NCBI GenBank assembly: GCA_964016885.1
Contig: OZ024741.1
Span: 279,496,001-279,560,000, forward strand
Direction: 5' to 3'
Length of the DNA: 64,000 nucleotides
Origin: Eledone cirrhosa
Taxonomy: Eukaryota
Under the pieces are notes generated by a model. That model was not told the DNA's origin, did not search any database, and saw only the letters and a list, made by a program, of their open reading frames with translations. Both the position numbers and the translations under genes were made by a program. Positions 39,201 through 53,293 of the stretch are shown here, piece by piece. Numbering within the stretch: the first letter of the stretch is position 1; each line of letters starts with the position of its first letter.

Positions 39201-41507
39201 AGCAAATGTAGCCTATATCAATTATTTCATTTAGTAACATAACTGAAAGGGTTCTTATATCAAATTATGTTGGAAGATTTTAATTTGAATAGAAACTCTT
39301 TGAAAAGGGCAGATTGGTATCAAAAGGATTAAAATATTAAGTAAGACTATACACATGATTGCTATACATAAACATTATATACATGAATCCATATAAACCT
39401 CTGAGGTCCCCCTCCCCCACCTATGGACTTCCCTTTATTTATAGTACAAATGGTATGAACCCATAACTTCTGATGGAATCATAGGGGCACTGTAGTGACA
39501 TACAGCATTTCTTGGACACTTTAAACCTGGCAAAGCACATCCCTCACCATGTCTGAACACAGCAGATTTCTTCCCGAGAAGGGTAGAAAGTGAGAGAAGA
39601 AATGAGAAAGCAATATAGAGGAAGAATCGATCCCAGTACTAAACTGGTACATTTTTTTTATCAACCTGGAAAGGGTGAAAGGCAAACATGATCTCGGCAG
39701 AATTTGATTCAGAGAACAGTGAGCCAGAATGATACTGAAAAGCATTCTATCTGACATTCTAATGACTGCCAATTCGCCACCTTTAATACTAATAGTGAAG
39801 AAACACCCCAACAATCCTTCAATTGATAGGTGACCACTCCTATTGATACCAACTAGGAGTAATTTTATTAGTGTTGGCCGGGGGGGGGGGGGGGCTTCTT
39901 TGCCCACTTATTCCTGGGAGGGTCATGGGGGAAGAGTCCTGAAACACTCCTTCCAGCAGGTCCTGTCAGAAGCAACCATTTCCAACTGATCTGGCTGGAT
40001 CCCCAAGCAAGACCAACTGAGCTCATGGATGTTATCCAACCATTTTACAGACTATATCCAAAAATAAAGGAAACTCCATACATAGTAACATCATTTTGTA
40101 TTTGATGTAAAGAGCTTTGGCAGGAATTAGCCAAGTCATTTTTAGTATATCCAACATATTTCCTAGCATCTGCAGCTCTCCCAGAATTTATATATATTTT
40201 ATAGCACCTAAAAATAGTTCTCCCAGAATTTATATATATTTCATAGCACCTAAAGATAGCTCCCCCAGAATTTATATGAGAACTATCTAGAATACTATCA
40301 TCTCTGCTATTTTTGTCGTCACCATGTTCTGACCAACACAGATACAATCGTTTGCAGAAGTCAACTTATATTCCAATATTCTTCACATTGCCTACACAAA
40401 TTAAACTTTGCTAATGATTCTCTTTTCTTGTCAATCTGACAGCTATCAAAAGATAATTACATATAAGTTCCTTCCTGATCAAGACATTGATAGTCAACAT
40501 CATCATCTTCATCATCAACATCACTGTTTAACGTCTATTTTCCATACTTGCATGGGTTAGATAGGTCGTCATGTACATATTGGTCAGGTGACTACGTCTA
40601 GCTCATGCTCATATCTATCTAATGAAATCTTATCAAAATCTGACCTCATCATTAGACTGAAATCAACCTAGCTTACAGTGAGGGATGGGGGCAGGGTTTT
40701 ATGTGGTTGTTTGATATGCTAGAAATAGCACCTAAATCTCCCTCAAATCATGCCCTATTGTTTTATTAGTTTCAATGAATGATGCATATCTGAAAAGACA
40801 AGATGGCTAGCCATGGTTAGATCACCTTTTTGATCATAAATCTGCTTGATCAGGAGTTGACCTGGGGTTAAACAACAATTTTACCCATCATATCAGAGAA
40901 TCTAGACTTTTGTCCCACCTAAATAATTGAAGGTACTTCGTTAGGTGCAATGGTATTGATAATAAAGAAATTCAAAATAAAATGTGATTTGAAAAAGAAA
41001 AGGGGGGAGAGGGGAGTGAGAAAAGAACAATTCTGAGTAAACAACCACTGAATAGATATTCATTTCATTTTCAAAAGGGCAAAAGAAACAATCAGTTCCA
41101 ATGGGATTCTAAACCAAAGAGGAAACCAAATATTGAAATACATCTTCCTGTAACCTATTATACCAGTTAACCCAATATCCTGTACCACAGGAAACCACAT
41201 TAGTAAGACTTCTTGGAAAAGTACAAAACAACACTATGACTGCATCACATTAAAAATTAAAGTATTTACTCTAAAATTGCAAATTTTCACAATGTGTCCA
41301 TTGGAATTAACAAACCACATTTAGCAAAACATTCTTGAAAAAATACAAAACTACTATAACTACATCATATTAAATAGTATAGTCTTTACTTTAATACTGC
41401 AAATTTTCAAAACAATCTATCCATTAGTATATATAAACATTTGAATTAAAAAATACTTCTTAAATATTTTCTGCTAAATAATTATAGGAAGTTAAAATGT
41501 GCATGTG

Positions 41508-41539
<32 letters not shown>

Positions 41540-41885
41540 CATACGTATAATATAAAACACACACACACACACATATATATATCATCATCATCATACATTC
41601 ACTTTTCCTTGCTTGCAAGGGTGGGATATATAGATATATATATATATGATGATGATGATGATGATATATATATATCACATACATAACATTCATGGTTTGA
41701 AAAAGTATTTTTTTAAATTCTGTTGCTGTTCTAACAAAAATTCTTAATGTTCAACAATGTAAATATTCATTATTGTTGTTGTTTTTTGTTTGTTGCTGGT
41801 AATGTTCTTTCCATTGTTTATCATTACCTCAATATGTAAGATTCTAATTTTTTTGTTTTATTACCAGGATAATAATGGTTTAAGT

Positions 41886-41970
<85 letters not shown>

Positions 41971-42185
41971 TGTGAAGATTCTAATCAATGCTTAATACTA
42001 CATTTGAACATCCATGATAATTCAATAAGTAACTATCAGTTTGGGTGAATTCAATAACCATTTTATAGCTTACGCAGTATAAAATTATTTCAAGCCTGCT
42101 TCAAATGAGCTGCGTAAAATCGCTAGCATCAATTTAACAAGAAATATATTTCTTATGTTGGTATAGGTAAGACAAGTCTATATAA

Positions 42186-42410
42186 CAGACAGAACATCAC
42201 TTAATTTATGCCTGCGTTGGTGAAGATGAAACAAAACTACCTGACAGAACATCTCCAGTTATTTTTTACCTGTGTTGGTACAGGTGAGAAATCTACATTA
42301 CAGAACATCTCCAGTTATTTTTTACCTATGTTGGTACAGGTAGGACAAATTTACATACAGAACATCTCCAATTCTTTTTTTACCCGTGTTGGTACAGGTG
42401 AGACAAAACA
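42186..42410. repeat. 56-57-bp tandem repeat, about 4 copies
   Basis: CAGAACATCTCCAGTTATTTTTTACCTGTGTTGGTACAGGTGAGA at 42245, 42301 and 42358, plus a degenerate upstream copy. Confidence 0.85.
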
Positions 42411-45400
42411 TATCTTACTACAGTGAGTTATTTCTATTCTACATAATGTCACCAATCTAACTTCATACTTTGTAACACTTCCTTTACCTGTCACACAGTG
42501 ACTGTCTTTCTGTTATCAACCTCTGTTTACACAACACTCATCCACACATTACCTTAACCCTTTCATTACCGTATTTCTAATGAAAGAACATTGTCTATAA
42601 TGTTCAAATCATTTTGAAAATAATCAGGAATTTAACCAAATACTGGGACCTGACAAACTGTTCCCTTTTTATGCCGATCACCATCAACACCTCTAATGCC
42701 CTTCATCCCCGAACTGCTGTTTTTGTCTGCAAAATTGGGAAGAGTGCATCCCACCCGAGAAAGGAACTGTGCGAGTTAGAGTGGCTGATATAGTGGGCAT
42801 CACTGGCTGTTCTCTGCTTATTTGAGGAATATTTTGCTGTTATTTCTAATATGCCAAACACCACACAGGCTGTCTCATTGGCTAAAACCTCTTGTTACTG
42901 TGTTCCAATTAATTTACAAAAATATTTGGAGGAAATTAAAACAAATAACCAACTGTTTCATTAATATGTATGGTCCCATAACTCCTGAGGTAGTCGTAGA
43001 GGTACCACATTGACATACAGCGTTTCTAGGGTATTTTTAAACCTGGTGGAGCCCATCTCCTCTATAGGTTTGAATACAACAGATTTCTGCCAGAGAAGGA
43101 TAAAGTGAGGAAATGAAGAGATATAGAGGAAGAATCAACCCCAGTACTAGATTGGTACTTTTTTGTTAGTAACCAAGTTGTATTGTATGTATGATCCTGA
43201 ACTCCCGAGGGAGTTGTAGGGATGCCACATTGACATACAGCATTTCTAAGGAATTTTTAAAACTTGGCAGTCCATCTCCTCTCCACATCTAAATACAACA
43301 GATTTCTTCCAGAGCGAGAGTGAGAGAATGGAAGTGAGAAACAGATATAGAGGAAGAATCAACCCCAGTATTTGATTGGTACTTTATCAAACTCCAATGG
43401 ATGAAAGGCAAAGTTGACCTTGGCAGGATTTGAACTGAGAAGGCAGAGAACCAGAACAAATACCACAAAGCATTCTATCTGACGTTCTAATGACTGCCAA
43501 TTCACCACTTTGTATTTAATATAAACATTTTAATATGAGCAGTTTTGTATCATAAACCCAAGGTGGTTTCAGGTGGTTTGGTATGAAGGGTTAAAATGCT
43601 AAACATTCACAAATAGTAATAAAAATGATAGCTCAACTCAAATTACATGGAATTCTACTAATATAAACTATCCGGGTCAGCATTATATTTCTACAGAGCT
43701 AAACTTAAGTGGTAGCCTGGTAGCTAAAGTCAGTAGAGCAGTGAACAAAAAATGCCTGCAGTATTTAGTTGCAGTACTTTATGTTCATGATTCATATCCT
43801 ACTGAGGTCAACTTTGGTTTTCATCCTTCTAGGGTTGATAAAATAAAATGGTAGAGAAGTACTGAGGATAATTTAATATTTCTAAATGTGAATGGAATTA
43901 TAATAGAATAAAAGACTATCACTAACTAACTTAAGATTCTTATAAGTTCAATTTTTTTTTTTTTTTTTTTTTTTCAAGGGACTGAATGGATCGATCAACA
44001 AGCTCCCAAATTTCATCTGTTTACCAAGTTGAGTGTAACTTGTCAAATTGAACCAAAGAAACAATGTTACCATTGATCTTTCCATTGCTGATACTATCTA
44101 CTTGCAAACTATCGATTGTGAATCTAATTCTCCAACCACTAAGCCACACATGAGCCTTCACTTCAAGAGATTAGCTTGTTATGAAAATTTCATTTCTGTC
44201 TTTTCTCATTTACTTTCTGTGCTATTCCTTTCAGAATTTCTAGCCTTTTTTGTGGCATTTTTCTTTCTTCTAACTAATTGTAATAGACCAAGAAAAAACT
44301 CAAACTAAAAACAAGATTTATTAAATAAGTCAGCAAAAAGAGGCAAAACCCATATTCTTAGCTAACTGGTGAAATTAATGTCAAACATCTTCACAAGTCA
44401 ATGTTCACAGAAAAATCACCATCATTGTTTTAACGTCCGTTTTTCCATGCTTGCATGGGTTGGAAAGGTTTTTTACTGTACAGCATCTCTGCCTTCATCG
44501 CATTCCTTCATAATTTCTAAATATTATTTAGAAACAAATTTTTCGTTCAGTAGGTTACTCATATTAAATGAAATTACAGACTGACAATTACAGATTCTTA
44601 ATCATAATTTATCTTACTTTTGTTTTTAAGTTTTATAGATTTTCTTCCTGATAATAGATGCTTTATAATTCTAATTTAATCTCTTACTCATCATCATCAT
44701 TTTACATCCGCCTTTGCCATGCTGACTGACATGGACAAAATATTTATTTCTCCCAGTCCATTCTGTTGTGTGGCAGTACATGCCACAAAATGGTTAGCAT
44801 TATTAGGGGCATAGACGTCCCTTTACATTCTGAGTTCAAATTTCGTTGAGGTTAGCTTTGCCTTTCATCCTTACAGGGTCGATAAAATAAAGTACTAGTA
44901 ATACATCGGGATCGATTTAATCAACTTCCCCCTCCCACCAAATTGCTGGCCTTATGCCTAAATCAGAAACCAATATTTTGATATTTAAAATGTTTTAAGT
45001 GTCATTTAGAGTACAGTTTTTGTTTCACAACTCCATTACATAAGTTACTATTGTGTTAAGTTTCAACAAGTTGATTTTGTGTTAACTTCCCAGTCACTCC
45101 CAGTTTCAAAGCAAAAAAAAAAAATTGAATAAACGAACTTTGTATAGGGATTCATTGATTAGAAGAGTGAGGGAGAGACAGCGAGGGAGGGAGAGACAGC
45201 AAGGGGAGGGAGAGACAACAAGGGAGAGCGAATAGAAGCAGTGTGAGAAGAGCGAGCAAGAGTAATAAAAGAAAATCAAGAGATTGAAAGAAAAAAATAT
45301 TATCAGAGAAAAACGAGAGTGTATGTGTATGGGATATTCATTATGTGTTAAGTTCAAATTATAAAAAATTGTAAATATTTTCAAGGGAATGCATATATAT

Positions 45401-47219
45401 AATGCCAACAATGATGTAAATGTAGAAAAACAGTGTTTCATAGTAAAATAATCACTCCAGATAGTTTAGCACCTTATTTAGGTAGAATTTGAAATGTCAA
45501 AATATTGATCCCAACTTGTATTTATATATATATGGCCAGGCTTGCTTCTCGGCATGGATGACCTGTCTAACCCATGCAAGCATGGAAGAAGTGACACTAA
45601 ACAGAAATTATACACACACACACACAGGTTACTCATAACTAAACATACAATTCAGTTAGTCAACATTTATCTATATGGATGAAGGGTGGGGTGCAAATAG
45701 CCATGCCAGTTAACCTAGATAAGATGTTCCCACTCTTCCCCATGGCCTAAACAAGTAAGGTCAGCTCAGCCACTAAATAGGTTATCAAATTATAAATGGA
45801 GATTTTTTTTTCCTCCTCCTAATGTAAATTCAACACAACAAAGTTAAATTTGACAATAGTGAGAGATTTACTGCCAATGAGTTGTAAAGTTGTTTAGTTC
45901 TAAATCAATCACAATCCAGGAGAAAGTTTTCAATGGAAAAATGATAGAATGAGAAAAAACATCAAATAGTGAAAGTAAGGGAAAGGAAGGAGAAAGACTG
46001 CTCTGTGAACAAAATGACAAAGGTATTGCCACAGAGAACAGCCAGTGACACCCACGGCATCAGTCACTCTATTTTAATAGATTATAGTTAAGATTCTTTC
46101 ACAAAGGATGCACTGCTTCCAATTTTGTGGAGGAAAACAGCAGAGGTCATGTCCTGGTATTATCATAAAAGGCATTTCAGTATTAACTCCCCTCGTGTCA
46201 TTTTGTTATTTTAAATGGTTGGATGTGATTTGAGATTTGGTAGTTGTTTCTAGCAGGTCAAGTGACCATGTAGTGACACCTACATCGACTGTTGTACTGT
46301 TTTAATTGATGTTGTCAAATATCCAGCCCTACTTGAGCCAGATAAAAGTAACAAGCAAACATTTAGAAGTGACTCACAGCTTCATCACACTAAGTATACC
46401 ATGTTTCTGTCTAAGTGTTTGTATGGACATAAAGATAGAATTCAACTCATTTCATACCAATCTGCCCAAAATTTCTCCTGGTTCTACAATACCAAACTAT
46501 TTGTTTTAAAGTGTTTGTTAATATTTTTATAAAACTTTCCTTCATAATTAATTACATGTAAGAGCCTTTGTTAAGTTGTGTTCCAAACACCAGCTTGATA
46601 ATGAGAAAGTTAGTTATTAAATCCCTCCAAATTCTTGATAATTTTCAAAATTATTTGAAAATCATACCATAGGCAGTGTCTATTATATTGATGCATGCAT
46701 GGTCCTGTAACTCCTGAGGAAGCCATAGGGGCACCATATTGACATACAGCATTTTTAGGTCATTTTCTTTTTCAAAACCTCATGGAGCCCATATCTCCAG
46801 GTCTGAATACAGCAGATTTCTTCCAGAGAAGGATAGAGAGTGAGAGAATGGAAGTAAGAAAGAGATATAGAGAAAGAATCTATCCCAGTACTTGACTGGT
46901 ACTTATTATTATCAACCTTGAATGGATGAAAGGCAAAGTTGACCACAATGGGCTTTGAACTCGGAGAGAAGAGAGATGGATTGAATACTGCAAAGCATTC
47001 TATCCGACTGCCAATTCGCCACCTTACTTTATATTGATAGATTGGTTTAAAATAGTTGTTTTGCTGAAGTTCAGGGTCAATTTGTTTTAAATGGTGGTAT
47101 TCGTGTTTTGTGAAACTTTAAAATAGTAAGTGATAATTCAATGCAGGATCAAAACTAAAATATAAGTACTTTGAGCAAAGACATTTTAAATGGTAATAGT
47201 TAATAAATAAATAAATAAT

Positions 47220-47395
47220 TGTTTCTACTTTAGGCACAAGGCCAGCAATCACCCAGTGCATTACTGGTACTTTATTTTATCGACCCCGTAAGGATGAAAG
47301 GCAAAGTCAACCTCGGCGGGATTTGAACTCAGATCATAAAGGGACGTAACTATGCTGGAAAGCATGACGTCCGACCCTCTACCGATACTCCCAAT
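47220..47395 (-). mobile_element. SINE family A copy
   Basis: Well-preserved head, core and tail; AAT-rich on both flanks. Confidence 0.88.
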
Positions 47396-47500
47396 ATAAA
47401 TAATAATAGATTGAAAATATATATTTAATATATATTTATATGCTATGAATTAAAGATGTTGATTATATTTTTTCTGCAAATATCTAAAGGGACTTTTTAA

Positions 47501-47716
47501 CCCTTTAGCATTTATATTACTCTATATATACTATTGTATTTTCGTCGTAAAAGCTTTACCTCGCACTATCTCACATAATATTGAATCTATGAGAGTTTGA
47601 TATTTATTTTGAGAACAATACCTTAACATCACTATGAGTGGCCAGTTACAGCCAGTTTGAACAGAAAACTGGTGAGACAATTCTAGACAGATACCACCGG
47701 TTTAAATGCTAGAGGG
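47501..47716. mobile_element. piggyBac-like MITE, family P1 (opposite orientation to 33703)
   Basis: TTAA|CCCTTTAGCATTTA...TAAATGCTAGAGGG|TTAA. The interior is the reverse complement of 33703-33909. Confidence 0.85.
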
Positions 47717-49353
47717 TTAAACAACTGTGACAATTCATTGTTGATATTTATTTATCAGCTCAATGTGGTTTTGGCTAGAGACACGAAGGAATATTTTACT
47801 GCATATATTTAACTGTTTCACTGTTGTAAGTGTTCAATTCAAATCTGTATCACTTCAGGGAGGCGAGGGATATTGGCAGTTATCTACAACAGACATGTGT
47901 CCTTTCATTTGCCCAGGGATAAGTAAGTTGTAATAATTCTTTCTAGCATTGATACAAGGCCAGCGATTTGGGGGAAGGAGGAAAGTCGATTATATTGACC
48001 CCAATACTTAACTGGTACTTCATTTTATCAATGCTGAAAGGACAAAGGCAAAATTCACCTCAGCAGGATATAGAAAGTAATAAATACCGCAAAGCATTTT
48101 GTCTGACACTCTACTGATACTGCCAATTCACCACTATTAAGTTTTTTGTTGTTTTTTTAAACAATTGATAAGATTACCGAGTGGGGTGGAACTCATCAAA
48201 TCGGACCAAGGAAACAATGTTTCCATTAATCATTCCATTGTTGATATTATCTACAGGGCGCAACTCCTGGCAGAAAGAGCAATGTGAAAAAATGTTTTGC
48301 TCAGGGACATAACGCATCGCCCAGTCCAGGAATTGAACCCACAACCTCACGATTGTGAATCCAATTCTCTATCCACTAAGATATGCCCCTTCACAAGACC
48401 TAAGTCAATTGTAATAATTATTTCTGATTTAGGCACAAAGCCAATAATTGGGAGGGGAGGTCATTAAATTGAACCCATTGCATTACTTGTATTTTTGTTC
48501 AGTGCATTACTGGTGCTTTATTTTATCGACCCCTAAGGATGAAAGACAAAGCTATCCTTGGCAGGATTTGAAACCAGAACGTAAAGGGCCATAACTATGC
48601 TGCAAAGCATATTGTCCAATGTTCTACCAATACTGCCAATCCACCCTAGTAAGTTGTAATAGATAGAATTAGGGTTTAATTACCTGTATCCTCATACTTT
48701 TGACAAAAATAAAAAAATTGGTCAAGAAGCTGGTTGAAACAAATCAATTTTTGTTCAACTACAATGTGCAGACTTCCCCTCTTTCATTCCCGACCCTTCT
48801 TTGGAAGAAATCAGCTGAGTTCAAACCTGAAGAGGGGACGAGCTCTGCCAGGACCTGCTGTATATCATGACAACACCCTTCCAACTTCATCAGGAGTTAC
48901 GAACACACACACAATATGCAGAAATATTTTTGTGAGTTTACACACACAAATGTTGAACTGAAATTTTTGCAAAATGTGAGGATTCATAATCCCTGGTAAA
49001 TTAAAATGGCAACGACACTCCCATCACTTAAGCCAAATTACTGGACTGCACACTAAATACTACAGAGGATTATTTTTATGTTAAATATATTGTTATTTAA
49101 TGAGGAAATGGTGGTTAGGTGGTGGTAAGAATCTAATCAATTATCGGTTTGCTAACATATGTAGCTGTAATGCTAATTCTTATACACATTCAGAGTTGAT
49201 ATTAAATATAACTTAATAGTTTAGCCAAAAAATAGATATTAGTCTGTCTCTAATTGGTGAAAGTACTACAGATGAAATCCAGTAACTGAAAAATGCAATG
49301 AACCATTGCTCACCCATCCTTTTAAACAAGATTATGGTTGTTGTGGTTATTAT

Positions 49354-49775
49354 GGTGGATTGGCAGTATCGGTAGAGGGTCGGACGCCATGCTTTGGCGC
49401 ATAGAGTTATGGCCCTTGCCATTCTGAGTTCAAATCCCGCCGAGGTTAACTTTGCCTTTCATCCTTACGGGGTCGATAAAATAAAGTACCAGTAATACAC
49501 TGAAATAATTGCTGACCTTGTGCCAAAAATAGAAACAGTTATTATTATTATTATTATTAGTATTATTTTTGTAAGGCAGTAATGAACAACATGCTTTGCA
49601 GCATCTAGTTAAAGCCCTTTATGTTCTGAGTTCAAATCCCACCAAGGTTACTGTTGCCTTTCATTCTTACAGTGTCAATAAAACAAAGCACGAAACGCAC
49701 TGGGTCAATTTAACCGACTTTCCCTTCCCCCAAAATTGCCGGCCTTGTGCCTAAATCAGAAACTATTATTATTAT
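49354..49775 (+). mobile_element. Two head-to-tail SINE family A copies separated by (TTA)n
   Basis: Copy 1 at 49354-49537 (A-box TGGCAGTATCGG, B-box GAGTTCAAATCC), (TTA)n to about 49567, copy 2 at about 49571-49763 plus (TTA)n. Confidence 0.88.
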
Positions 49776-51223
49776 TGTTGTTATTTTTCTCTTTACTGAA
49801 AGTTGTCAAATTAATTAAATTTCTTTTCATGAATCAGAAAGAGCCACAGGGCCTATTATTCTCTGCAATGTTAAGTTTAATCACACCCTTGACTAGATAT
49901 TAGTCTACTGTATCTGTCAATACCATTCCCTAATGAATTAGCTCCTATACCTGATTGTTGGCTGTACTGAGATATACACAGAATTAATATATATTCTATG
50001 TCATAGAATTATCATCATCATTATCATGGGAATCATTTTATGTCCCTTTTTCCTCGCTGGCATAGGTTGGACAGGCTGTTACAGGCCAAATCAGTACTTA
50101 ATTAGGACTAATGTTCTATTAGATTGGTTAAGGGACAGGTCTCACATACATTCCAGTTTTGGCTTGGCTTTTACAACTGGATGCCCTTCCTAAAGCTAAG
50201 CATTTTACAGGGTGTATTCCTAAAATATGCAGAGAGAGCAATAAGTATAAAATAGACCACAACAAATGAGATATAACTTAAAGTCATCTTTTTTAGTCTT
50301 TTAATCAGCATCAGACTTTCTACTCTGCATCATATGAAACTGCATTAACAAGACATTCTTGAAAAATAAAAACAACACAATGACTGCCCCACATTGAAAT
50401 TTGAAGTCTTTAATCTAATTCTGTAAAATTTCATAAACAGCCCACCAGTAAAGATACTATAAACATTTGAACTAACAGACCTGTCAGAGCACTTATATGT
50501 CTGGATAATGATATTTCTATGAATTCAATTGGGTGTGTGTGTGTATGGATATATCTATGGATAATGATATTTCTATGAATGCAAGTGTGCGTGTGCGTGC
50601 GCTAGAAAATTGAATGTCCTATTTTCTGCTATAAAAAAATTAAGAGCGCCGTTAGTTTAAATAAACTAAAGTAAATGAGATTTTTTTAAATCAATAAATT
50701 GTAAACTGCAAATTTTAGTATTTCATTGATATTTAGTAATATATCTGAAAAGACATCTTTGTATAAGAAAGCAACATTAGTGGATGGATGGATTTAAGGA
50801 ATTAAGTAAGAGTTATTGGATTCAGTCTGTTTACATTAAATCTAACTCACTTCAAGATACTGTTTTGAAAAAAATCCACAGCAATGCTTCACTGATTAGT
50901 ATTTAAAAAAATATATATATATATATTTCTACCTGGAGTTGCGACCAATAGATAGTACTAGCAACTAGAAAGACCGCTGGAAGCATTGTTTCCTCAGTCC
51001 AATTTGACGAAAGTCGATCGAAGAAAATCTATATATAAATGCATGTTAACATTACTAAGTCCCCAAAATGGCCATCACAATTCTTTAAAGATATTCATAA
51101 CTGCAGATTCAATATTGCTGTGTTTAGAAATGCATGAAAGATATTTTCTTATATTACTAGACATAGATAATGAAAATAAAATGATATTCAAAAATCCAAG
51201 CATCACCAATTCTTAACCCTCCA

Positions 51224-51281
<58 letters not shown>

Positions 51282-51520
51282 CATACATAGAGAGAGAGAG
51301 AGAAAGAGAGATAAGGTTGAATTGATCCATGCCAAATTTTAATCCAAAATACTGGATATGTAAAATTGTGTCACAAAACGGACCAACCCACTCTATAAAG
51401 TGGTAGTATAATAATTTTAAAAAAAAAAAAAATTTTTTTTTAAATTAAAAAAAAAAAAAACACCCAATCCATCCCATTAGGTTACCAGTAATGTGGTTAG
51501 CATTGGGGAGAGCATCCAGC

Positions 51521-51555
<35 letters not shown>

Positions 51556-52463
51556 AATATATGAACTAAGCGTGGTCACCCAACCTATCTAGTCTCAGAA
51601 TGTAACAGCCCATCCAAGCCATGAAAAATAGATTTTACACTGACCCATATCTTAGTTAAATACATTCAGTATTATTTCATTTGTTACAACAGAGTTAGTT
51701 TAGGGTCTGGAATAGTTATGAAAAAAGTTTAAATTTTGCTTTTGGCAATAATTATATTGATGCTATGCCTTTCAGTTCAATCATATTACAGACTTCTAAA
51801 TTCATAGTTCCATAGTTGAAAGACATCTATCTTGTTTTCAGTTAGAAAAAAACCTCTGATTTTATCATGGATTTGTAGAAGCAGGCAACTCATAACATGT
51901 AAACAAACATTACAACACAAAATGTGAAGTCATCATCATCACTGTTTAATATTTATTTTCTTATTTCCTGAAAAAAAGTCAGGTCAGATGACCACATCTT
52001 GCTCATGAATTCCATTTTTGGCTCAGTTTCTATGACTGGATGCCCTTCCTAACACCAATCACTTTACAGCATGTAAATATCAGTTTTTAATAGATCTAGA
52101 TCAATAAATAACCTTGTTTTTCATCCATTTTATTGATTTATCATAGATTAATATTTCAAAGAAATTTGTGTAGAAATAATAATTTTGTGTTATGTTGTTG
52201 CTATGACACTGAGATCTGAATATATACATAATTTAACTGGAGCATAAAATATATAAGTTGTCTTGTTTGTTTCTTTGCTTTATTTTATCATAAAATATTT
52301 AAATTGAGAAGGCATGAGGAATGAACTGCAATAACTATCCTATTGCAAATAGCTCATTATATATATATGTGTGTGTATTAGCCAGGTGGTGCTATTAAGT
52401 TAGACATGGCCTGGGCCAATACTGGCCCAAAGTTATCAAAGTTTATATATATATATATATATA

Positions 52464-53293
<830 letters not shown>

